A stretch of DNA of 63,254 nt, filler included, from Collodictyon triciliatum (Eukaryota), in the NCBI GenBank assembly GCA_043381765.1. It is 4 parts of 4 records of this genome, joined end to end, with 100 filler letters (N's around TTAATTAATTAA, not from the genome) between each part and the next. Parts side by side here need not be neighbours in the genome. Positions count along the whole stretch, not along the records: positions 48,325 to 63,254 come from JBHJMP010001625.1; 3 more parts are not named here. One strand, given 5' to 3'. Under the pieces are notes generated by a model. That model made no database searches. It was given only the letters and a program-made list of their open reading frames with translations, and was not told where the DNA came from. Position 1 is the stretch's first letter. Every line of letters starts with the position of its first letter. Positions 52,001-63,254 of this stretch are shown in pieces. The position numbers and the translations under genes were made by a program.

Positions 52001-55000
52001 GTGAAGCGTGCACCCTTGATGGAGAAGGTGAAGAAGCCTTTGTTCAGATTTTGCCATGATTCTATTTTGTTCTCAAAGAATAATTTTCTCATTTCGTATG
52101 ACTATCGTGCACAAGGTCACCATTTCTCTTTTTTTCGGGCACTGTTTTCAAGTTCCTTATTCCCAACTTATTTGAACATGATTTTTTGACAACAAATAAT
52201 AGCAAGTCGAGCCTCGCTTATCAATGCTGCAAAGTGCTTCGCAGTTGATGATGGTTATCTCTTGAAAAGGTTAACAACTCGAATTGTGAGCGCCAAGAAA
52301 GGACAAGGAAGGAGTGGATCCAGTTATGAAGTAGCCCTAAAAGTGCAAGAGGTTTGTGGATGATTTAAGAATCTGCCAAATATGAATTTAATACAGTATC
52401 CTCTTTATAAGGATGTTAAGGACATCCTTTTAATATTCAAAATTAGGCAATATATTCACGAGACGCGTTGGTAAAATCTATCTATGAGCGTCTCTTCCTT
52501 ATGCTGGTTAGACGAATCAATGAGAGGTTTTTTTCCAAACCAAATATTTTGAAGTGGTTTTTTATCGTATCTCATATAATGAATATTTAATGCACTACGT
52601 CACCTCGCATTTGGATTTTGCACTCATATATATATTTCAGCTTTTCGTTTGATAGAGAACAATCAGCCTCTTTTATTGGTATACTTGACATATTTGGATT
52701 TGAGTACTTTCAAGTGAGCTTTGATTTTACTCTACTACCACTTTTACCGTATTCCGAAGATATCAATGAATACAATCAATTAAATCAATTAATACCAAAA
52801 CATGAAATAACTTCATAATAATATCAACTATCAGAACAACAGCTTTGAACAGGCAAGCCTTCGCAATTTCAACATAAATCCTCTTTTGGAAATTCATTCA
52901 TGTTTAGATTAATCGCATCTCAAGCCGCTGCATAATTTTCCCTTTTAATTTTTTCACGATATTATTACAAATAATAATGTAGTTTTGCATCAACTTCGCC
53001 AATGAAAAACTGCAACAACACTTCAACGAACATCTTTTCATTCAGGCAATTTAACACTCGAATAATGTCTCTTATTGCAGAACTTCTCTGTGTATTCTAA
53101 ATGTGCCTGGTATTGATTTAATTTTTCTTTATTCACTTCGCACTAGGAACGTGAAATCTATAAATATGAAGGCATCAAAATGCCTGACATTCAATACACA
53201 GATAACCAAGATTGTCTTGATATGATAGAGAAAGTAATTTTTATTTTTCCTTCCCTATCTTAATAAAAAAAAAATCAAGAAAAAAGAAAAAAAAACTAAA
53301 ACATCACTTCATCTTCATATTTTGGAATAACTACACATATAATTCTTTTGTTTGACTTACTAAACCTTAACATATACCCAAATATTGGTACATCATAGAA
53401 ATCAGTTGGTATCATATCAATCTTGGATGAGGAATGTCGTCTCGCAAAATCTACCGATGCGTAATTCTTTGATTTTATTTGTTATTTATTTATTTTTATA
53501 TTTATTCTTTCCCGTTGGCATTGCGAAATCAAGATCGATTTGATTGGTTCACTGATTGGACTTCATTGCAGAACTTTTGCCAATCGTGTCCACAAAACAT
53601 ATGCTCAACATCCACGACTTAAAGTCCCAACCGTTTCTGCATCATCGGTATTCCACTTCATATGCTTCGAAATTCTTTACATTAAATAGTACATCTATTC
53701 AATATATGATTTTCCATTATTTTCCATTTTCCATTTTCCTTTTCCATTTCCTTTTCCTTTTTTCTCTTCTATTTCTTTGATTTCCTTTCATTCGCTTTTC
53801 CATCCTTTTTCCTGTTTCCACTGGTACAGAGCAATGGTCACTAATTTATCACTCCAACCATTCAACTAGGGATCAAATCGAGTTACCAAAGATGAGGCAT
53901 TCATTGTCAAGCACTACGCCGGAGAGGTATATTTTCTAGTATTTTAAATATGCTAATATCGATACTCAGAAGTAAAGCTTAGTCCTATTAAAATTTTGCA
54001 TTCTATTCTAATCAAGATACCCTAAATAATAATTAGGTTTGTTACTTGACAGCAGGATTTCGCGACAAGAATAATGATAAGTAAGACATAAAATCACATC
54101 ATGTTGGATGTATAATTAATGGTGAATTGAATACGTCGTCTTGTATTATATTTTCCTTTGTTTCGTGTGGATTGTCATGTTCAAAAATGGCCTATTATGT
54201 ACCTGGAGGTCAGGCATTAGCATTTGACCCACAAATAATCATACAGTTTGCATCCGGACTTTCTTATTCTCATGAAAACAAGTCAGAACGACATAATTCA
54301 ATCGCTTTTCAACGAATCTGTAAGTATTAGTTGTATAGCAATAGGATATATATTATTACAAAGGTACTCAAGTCCTCACTATTAAATATTGTGGTACTTT
54401 GATAGAATGAGGTTGGGCAGTCATCGGGATTTCGTAGTGTTGGAAGTTTATTTACTGTGGGAAATTTATCGTTACATACATTTGAGCAATCTACACCAAT
54501 TCATAAATTTGAATATCAGGCTCATCATCCACCTTTGGTCGCTGAAAATCCTTTCCATTGTAGAAACAATTAAATGAACTAGTGGAAAATTTAAATTCAA
54601 CCGTATGCCATTTCATTCGCTGTATCAAACCTAACGAACAACAAAAACCCGGTATTTATCAGGGCGGAATGATTCTAACACAATTGAGGTTTCTATTCTT
54701 CTAAAAATACAACCGGATTGATTGATTTGAAGCAATTTGACTTTTGTTTAAAAAAGCATATCACTTTTTTTTATTTTCTCTAATTTGCATATTTAATACT
54801 TTGCCATTTTCTTTATTACAACTATACTTCCATTTTATAATGTTTTAATAGTTAAGTATCTAATTTCCTCAAAGATGCAACGGGATGTTGGATGTACTTA
54901 AACTTATGCACGCTGGCTATCCTACCAGATGCCCTTATGATGATCTATATGGGAGGTTTGTCTTTTGGTTCATATTTATTCTTTACCAATGCAAACCCCG

Positions 55001-55882
55001 TTCTTGCCTCTTAATGGGAAAAAAAAGTATGTTAGATGATTGTCCAATTTTGTGAATTTACTCAGACTCTTCTCAATTTTTTATATCCGTTTCAATATTA
55101 TCTCCCTGCGACTCGTATGTGATGATAAGTCAGCAGTATCTCATAGCATGGAATCATACACAAAGCTGATTTGCCAAACTTATTTGAAAATAGGTTCAGG
55201 CAAATGTTACCTGCCTCTGTGGCTAAATTAGACCCTCCGTACTTTTGCGAGGCACTCCTCATGGTTCTCGAGTGTAACCCATCCGACTTTGCCCTGGGAT
55301 TGACAAAATTGTTTTTTAAATCAGGGAAGGTTTGAAAACCCCATACTCGCGCACAGTATTTTTTTTTATGTTGCATCATCATTTTACATATCATTTAATG
55401 AAAAATATCATGTTAACCCATTACAAATTAGTAAATAATCCAAAAAAATATGACTAAGTATCCCATTTTTAATCTTACATAGTTGGCATTCCTGGAAGAA
55501 CTTAGAGGAGAAGGAAAGGAGCTTCCTAAAGGCATAGTGGCTCAGATTACTCGATGGGTGAACCGAAAGCGATTAAAGAGAGCTATGTGGACCATCCTGG
55601 CGAACTACAAAAGTGACTACGCTACGATGGACGATATCTTGCCTTTTCAAAATTACTATGAATTATAACCCTTCGCCCATCCATTACATATTAATACATG
55701 TTGTGATAGTAACAAGGCGGCTTCAACAAATTCGGGCGCTCCGAAAGCTTATGAAGTACTCCTCGATTGTTTGGAGAATTACTCGAAGTCTATTTAGAAT
55801 AGCCAGGCGCATAAAATATAATAGGCTAGTGGTGATTGCCCAATCAGGTAAGGAAAGCATCAATTTTTCCATTTTCTTATTC

Positions 55883-55953
<71 letters not shown>

Positions 55954-58900
55954 TGCACTGCTATTTTATAACCACCTCAGCTGTTTCAGATTCATTTTAA
56001 AATATCGTCTTTAATTGTCATTCAGTTGCACGAATGCATCCCCATCGCAAGTTTTTTTTGGCTTCCAAGAAATCAGCAGTTATAATACAAAAATGGGTGC
56101 GTGGTTATCTCGCCAGAAAGGTACTTTTAAATTATTTGCCTAATTTCTTACAAAATCTTTTATTTTAAAAAGCACCTAAACCTCACCCCAACATGCAAAT
56201 AAAAACGCGAGTAAATGGCAACTATTTATTCATTCTCTTAAGACATGGAAGCCGCTTATTGAAGAATACCGTAATAGCGCACTGCGAAAAGAACTAGGTA
56301 ATTCCATAAGGAGATGACCCGACTCTGAAAAAAAAAACATAACTTTGTACACCAATTTTAAATTCACACGCAATAAATCTGTGACAAAAGGAACAGTATT
56401 TATTGACCAAGATACATAGTTAACTAATCATGTCTATGACCATTAATACCCACATAGAAATCAAGCGCCAGAAAGAGGAGTTAAGGATCAAAAAAGTATG
56501 TCATGTCCAGCGATAGATAACATTATGTGTATTGAGTATCAATCACTATATAAATATATATGCACTTAGGAAAAAGAGGAACTAGAGGCTCGGCAAAGAG
56601 AAAAAAGACGTGCCGAAATGGAGGAGAAGATACGAAAGGAGGTCTTGAGAGAAATATATTTCCCCCTTCTTATGTGTAATACCTGTGCTATTCTTTTTTC
56701 CATTTAAGTCCTTTCCCCCATCCTACATTTACCTCTTTTCATTTATGCACAGCAAGGTCAATTGTGACTGATATCTTTTTTTTTTTTTTTTTTCCAGAGG
56801 GAAGCCGAGCGATTGAAGTTAGAGGAGGAGGTAAATTTGCATTTTCATTCAATAGTTCATAGAACAATGCCATCGTTTTATTTTGATATTGATGCTGCAC
56901 TTTCTTCACGTTAACTTACCTTTAATGTGTGTATTTGAAATACAGTTAAATATTATAAAACATCATATAAAAGGAGCGCCAAGCTTTGGAAGCTAAAGCA
57001 CGAGCAAGAGAGGAAGAAGAATCAAGACTCAAGATAGAACAAGTAATTATATTTCCTTCCTTTTTTTTTTTTTAAACTATCACAGCCATGATATCCATTA
57101 AAATTCCTTTATTTTTGGAATTATAAACATTGATAACAATTCCTTTTTTTTTTTTTTAAAAAAAAAATAATGGCCTTTTAAGATTCTCTCTTAAATTATA
57201 CTCTGAATAGGCCCGTAAGAGAAAGGAATTAGAAGAAAAACAAAGAGAAGAGCAACGCCTTAAAGAATTGAGCGATTTGAGGTCTACAGTTTCTGCACAA
57301 GAGATCAAGGTAGTGTTGCAGAATATTTCTGATTAACACCTAAAACTTTCTAATGTCCCTCATTAATGAAACGAAGAGTTAGAAAAAGAAGGAATAATCG
57401 ATAATAATCTTTATTAGCGTTGGTAGTACTTATGCAATTTCATGTTGGTATCATTTTCTCCGCTTTTTCTTCTATGTTTTCTTAATAAATTTGACCACTT
57501 TGAGAGAATATTTTCGACTTCTTTTCCTTTTATGGCATAATCAGATTAGCAGCCTCCAAGAGCAACTATCATCGCGAGCTGCCGTTTCTGACCAAGAAGT
57601 ATGACTCTATATATGTCATGTCATATATTTACTATAACTTCTTAAGAACAATGTTTTATTCAATTTTAATTCATTTACTTGAATATAGTTGGAAGAGCTC
57701 AGGCTAAAATGCCGTTCATTACAATCTCAAAATGATGAGCTAACGTCAAATCTTGAGGACTTGAATGATGAAGTACATATTTCATAAACTTCCTCCCTCC
57801 TCTTATGGTGTATATCACAACTATCATCACCTTATTTTTCAAAGCCAATAACTTACACCATCCTACACAAAACTGAAAGGAAGAATAAAAAAAAATCATT
57901 TTTTTTTAAAAAAAAAGGAAGAATAACCTGAATATTTGTTTTTAGATGAAAGTTATGTCTTCAAGATTAAAGGCAACAGAAGCCGACTCCGTTCTGAGCG
58001 ATAGCAAAATATCATCAATCGAAAATCAATATCAATCCCAGATCCAGAAGCTTCGGATGGAAAATAAAAAACTTACAGTGGAGTCCCAAAGCTTCTCTGA
58101 AAGACTGGAAATGACTAAAAAACTGAAGGATTCTGTAATTTCCAAGATGGAAGAGGAGATTATTGAGATTGAACAAGAATTGGAGTCAGTTATTCAAGAG
58201 AGAAACGATGCCTTCAAGAGGGTGCATTAACATATATTATCTACATAATACATGATTATGTGTCATCATATATCGATACATGATATAATTGTCACAATTC
58301 TTCTTCTGTAATATATGTCTCTTCTGTGGCATTCAGTTTCGTTAGTAATGACTTATATTTCATTCAAAAAGATGGATGATATTCAAGAGGTTCATACGAA
58401 AGAAACACATAAATTGTCAGACAAGATTTTTAACCTTGAAATTGAATGCCAAAGCTGGCACCGGAAATATTCCACGTTGCAAGAATTAAACCGGAAGCTT
58501 ACAGACCAGGTTAATATATAAACCTTCCTATTTTTTTTTTTCGTGAAATAAATAATTTATTTGGTTTATAGTCCATTTCCTGTCCGAATGCTTCCTTCAT
58601 TCCCTCAACCAACATATTTTCTAACAAGTATTAACAAATTATTTTAAAACAGAATAATGTGCTCCAGTCTCAATATGAAGAAGAACAGCATAGAAACACC
58701 GAGTTATTATCAAAGCTTCAAGATAGAGCAACTAGGGGTTTATTCATTTCATATTTTCTCATAATTTTTTCCTGTCGTCAAATTTTCTATATAACTGCAT
58801 CGAGAAATACCATACTTTAAATTTTTCTTTGCTTATAAACTTGTAAATTCTCTTTGAGAGCGATTTTTTTAGTTATAAGAATGGAAAAAAAACCTTGCCG

Positions 58901-60988
58901 AATTTTAAACTCATATTCATACACTAGATCGTAACCAAAAGAGGGATTTGCATGATAAAATAATTCAACTGAAACGACTCGTAAAAAAATAATAATAATC
59001 TAGATGGTGTTTCCATGAGAATGTCTCTCTTGATTCATTAAAAGTGTTTCTTTTTTCTTTTTCCTTTTGTCTATTTTCTTTTTCCTTTTGTCTATTTGAT
59101 TTTTCTTTCACTTCCACTAAACAGAACTCATTAATAGGTTCAAGAAGCCAAAAAAACTTCAACCCATGAATCCCTCCTTTCATTGGAGAGGATGACTGAT
59201 GATTTTGAACAAAGTCAAGGGCAATTCTTAGAGTCCCTTGTAGAAGAGGAATTGGTAAATAGCAATCACACTCTTGCACATTCTGAAAAAAAAAATCAAG
59301 AAAATCCACATCACGCTTCTATATTTATATATTGAATTTATTATAGTTTGTAGCATTTATTAATTGTTCTTTTCTTGTTTGCATCTCAGACTCTTATTTT
59401 TTGTATTTGAAAAAAATTAAATCAATTAAAACAATAGAGCCAAGTTCGACGAGTTGCCAAAGCCGAGGATAGTAAATTACTGGAATCTGTCTCTAAGATA
59501 ATCAGAGGACAGGAGGTTGGTCACATGAGAATAGTTGGCTATATAAACAAAGGGAACACCAGTATTCGGCTCCTTTTTATTTATTCAATCATGGAATGCA
59601 ATTGAGTAACTGTGACGTATTTTTTTTCACACTACAGACTAGATCGATCCAGAAGACCGGGCAGCGTGAAGAGCTCATAATGAAATTGGAACAAGTGATT
59701 TTTTTTTATTTTGCTAAGCTATTGAGAGCATCATTTTTCTCTCTGTAATTTTAATAGGTTTTAATCAAAGTCTTACCAAAATATACAAATTCCAGTAATT
59801 TTGATGCTTTTTTTTTAAAAATTTTTTAATAAAAATAAATAATAGGATAACCAAGTTCTTCAGGAACATAATGAAAAGCTAGGAAGCAGAGTAATTTTTA
59901 TGTATCTATCTAAAATAAGATGAGATAAATCATGAAATAGGCAAAGGGACAGAAAAAACACATAAAAAATGGTGTATACAGGATAGTCGTGTGTTTGTTT
60001 GTTTGTTTGTTTGTTTGTTTGTTTGTTTGTTTGTTTGTTTGTTTGTTTGTTTGTTTGTTTGTTTGTTTGTATGTATGTATGTATGTATGTATGTATGTAT
60101 GTATGTATGTATGTATGTATGTATGTATGTATGTATGTATGTATGTATGTATGTATGTATGTATGTGCAAATAATGAGGTATATTCTCATATGGCACACG
60201 CTTATGACATACATAACTTTCTGATCAAATAAACACACCTATATAGATTTCCGATTTAGAGAGTCAAATCGAACTGATCAACCAGCAAAAACAGGAAACT
60301 GATCAATATGTAAGACATATCATTCTGCCTACTATTCCACCACTTTTTTTCCAAAAAAAAACCATGTGAACATAGTTGATATCTTTCGTACTATTGTGTA
60401 CATACGTCATAGGAATTGGAGCACCAAAATGGCCTTCTTGAAAACGAAAACAGATTGCTCAAGGACATGCAAAAGATGTTAAATGCAAAGGTGCTTTCAT
60501 TACCGAAATGCTATTGCAATATATTACTTTTTTATGGTCCCTTTTATCATACCAAACCTTGTACTTAGTTATTTAATGAAGGTGGAATCCTTGGAAAAAG
60601 AGATTGAATTCTACAAACAACAAAGATCTTCTGCAATCAACATAATTCAGACGGAGGTCGACGAGGAAAAGGTTTTGCATCGTATCACTTCTATGAATTA
60701 TACATTCATACGACCATGACTGTGCTGCTTTTTTTTTTTAAAAGAAAAATTAAGAAAAGCAAATAACTTTCGTAATCAACCTGTAGTAATATTTCTTGAT
60801 TCCTATGTGGCTAAGTATTTTTTTTTAATTTTATTGTGACTGAATAAAACCTCATAGAAATCACAATCGAAACTCCATGAAGACCTAGAAAAACTCAATG
60901 CACTGGTAAACCATGCTTGCTTCTTTCGCCACCAATCCCGTTTCATTACTACTCTTATGGTTATTCCTAAAACAAGAAGGGGCAACCC

Positions 60989-61019
<31 letters not shown>

Positions 61020-62694
61020 AAAAAAGAACCCCCCCCCCCCCCCCCCCCCCCGAAAAGAAAAAGAAAAAAAGAACCTTATGTATATGGCCATCTATAATTC
61101 AATGTGTTCAGAGTGAAGAGCTGCAATCAAAGCGTGAGGATAGGCTCCGTGCATATATCGAGCAAACAAAGAGGGTATGATTTTGTTTGTTATACTAACA
61201 TATTTGCGCAAGGGTAGTACATGTTAAATTGCGTAGTGATAATTACATTGTTATTGTAAAGAATTCTCTCAAAGATTGTAAGATACGATTTTGTGACAGG
61301 CCGAGTCGAAGCTGGACCAAAAGGAAAAAATCATTGAAGCTGCAAATAGTAAAATCGGCTCACTCACCTTAGCAGTTTGGTTTCTCTTCATATAATCTAC
61401 TATTATTTTTCTTGCATGTTAGCTTCAAAATGAGATTAAAAGAAGAAATTAAAGGACTGGGTGCGGTGAGAGTGAAGCTCAATGGAATTATCAATACGTA
61501 CCAAAACAACACATCAGTCCCACATAACAATTTCTCACAGATACAAGACAAAGAAAAAGAAATTGGGTCGTTGGCTTCGGCCAAACGCGAAGAACCGGTT
61601 TCAAAGGCCGCCTCATCAACAATCCAACCAAAAGATGATGGAAATGAGCACAGGTCGATGGTAAGCAGTATTTTATACTTTACCAGTATACTCAATTCCA
61701 GCTTCGTGGCGGTATTTAGTCACCCTCACTCTAAGATAGAATGTTCAATCTCCGATTGTGAATATATATTCATGACCAGAATTATGCACATACAACCATT
61801 ACTTTAATTTACCCTAGATCGTTTTGCTGTTTGAGAGTCTTCAGCAAGCTAACTTGATGACTATCGGCCAACAACACAGTGACCTTACCTCATTCAGCGA
61901 ACTCGTGATCAAAAGCAATGGGAGCATAAATGCCGTAAGAACAATGTATATGTATCAACATTACAGAGTCGCATTGTATAATTAATCTCTTTTAAACACT
62001 TCACTTTTTCTATCATTCTACATTATATAAACCTTTGATTGTTGCACTCAATAATTTTCTAATGCATAAATAAAAGAAAAAATTGATTTCCCCTACAACC
62101 TTTAACTATGTTGGATTATTTTATAATTGAAAAAAGTTACTGAAAAAAGCCACTGAGATGAGAAAGAACTTGCAGCTGAACTCAGAGAACCAGCGCCTTC
62201 TGACTTTCTTCTCTGAAACAGTACGGTTATATATGCTTTTTTTTGTTTTCCTTTTTTTTTTTCTGACACTGCTTCAACTCAGTAATTCACTTGTGCGGCT
62301 GCATTGGCATTAACCCTTGTTCTATTCTATTTATTTCATTTATTCACCTATTCAAATACGTACTCATGGTCAGGCTAAAAGCACTATGGAATTGAACGAT
62401 CTCCGTGAGAATGTGTTGATTGGTGCCATCCGCTCTACTGAAACTCCAGGCCTGGTAGCATCACCCAGTCCAAAAATTGGAATGGTAGGCATACACAATT
62501 TTCAGTCCCAGGGAACTTTCTTACAAATTCGAAATGCCCCAGGCTATGGCTGTTGTCATTCTCATCAAAACCTATCAAATGAATACCTATTAGGAGGTCT
62601 TTAATTGATCGACCATTCGCTTTTTGAATATCTTAAACTTTAATAGACATCACCTTCAACAACGGATAGAAAAAAAGTGTTCAAGACAAAGTGA
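49072..62694 (+). CDS. Myosin heavy chain, class VI-like: motor, insert-2-like segment, IQ motifs, SAH, long coiled-coil tail (~50 exons)
   Basis: [147 protein letters not shown]-rich stretch; stop at 62692-62694. Confidence 0.92.
55877..55952. repeat. (TTA)n microsatellite, intronic
   Basis: Directly visible. Confidence 0.93.
59993..60166. repeat. (GTTT)n(GTAT)n compound microsatellite, intronic
   Basis: Directly visible. Confidence 0.95.
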
Positions 62695-63254
62695 CAAGGC
62701 AAGGAATGATGGGCGGATGCATTTGGTTTAGATATAAGCCACTGGAATTCCTTTCGACGTCCCGTCGGTCACTTTTCATCATTCTCCCTTTGCCCGTTTA
62801 ACCCTTTTCGTCTCCTTTTTTTTTTTCTTCTATTTCGTTCAAGAGGAAATCATTCTGAAATCCATCGACACTTGCATTCAATTATGCGGTCCATCAAGAC
62901 ATTACTTACTCGGTTGATTCCAATACACACCATATCATCTCTACCACCCACAAAACTATAAACCTACAAGAAAGTCTGTCTATCGAGACAAATAGATCCC
63001 GACAAACACAAAAGCCAGCGCACGGTTAGACAACAATCAAAACGTAACATGAACAACCATGTAGGAAACAAACCAATTTTCGAATGAATATTACGATAAC
63101 AATGTTACTGATAGACTAACACCGCTATGCTTCTATTAATGCCGTTGGTTATAAAGATAATGAAAACAGCAAGAGCATAATAACAATAATAATAATAGCA
63201 AAAAAAAAAAAAAAAAAAATTTAGAATAGTTTTTGTTGCACCCCGATATCTTAA

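Overview
Eukaryotic nuclear DNA: AT-rich, very intron-dense, microsatellite-rich, standard genetic code (TAA, TAG and TGA all used as stops). The window is not continuous. Four ~16-kb contigs (1-16024, 16125-32123, 32224-48224, 48325-63254) are joined by an artificial N44-TTAATTAATTAA-N44 linker, so adjacency across linkers carries no information. Genes were reconstructed by eye from exons and splice sites. Contig 1: FRA10AC1, an LRMDA-type LRR protein with a polyproline/WH2-like/C-like/acidic-Trp tail, a CTDSPL2-like phosphatase, and a receptor kinase-pseudocyclase-kinase. Contig 2: an RJL GTPase, a CatSper1-like channel subunit, a type II membrane protein, and a mitochondrial PPR protein. 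Contig 3: a decayed L1/Tx1-like LINE beside a kinase pseudogene, a KNS3/SPOT1-family membrane protein, and a long coiled-coil protein. Contig 4: a myosin VI-like heavy chain with an insert-2-like segment and SAH. The gene set suggests a flagellated protist (inference; taxon not determinable). Best leads: the CatSper1-like channel next to RJL, a candidate new LRR-headed Arp2/3 activator, and a candidate minus-end myosin. All family calls come from motif recognition, not database searches.
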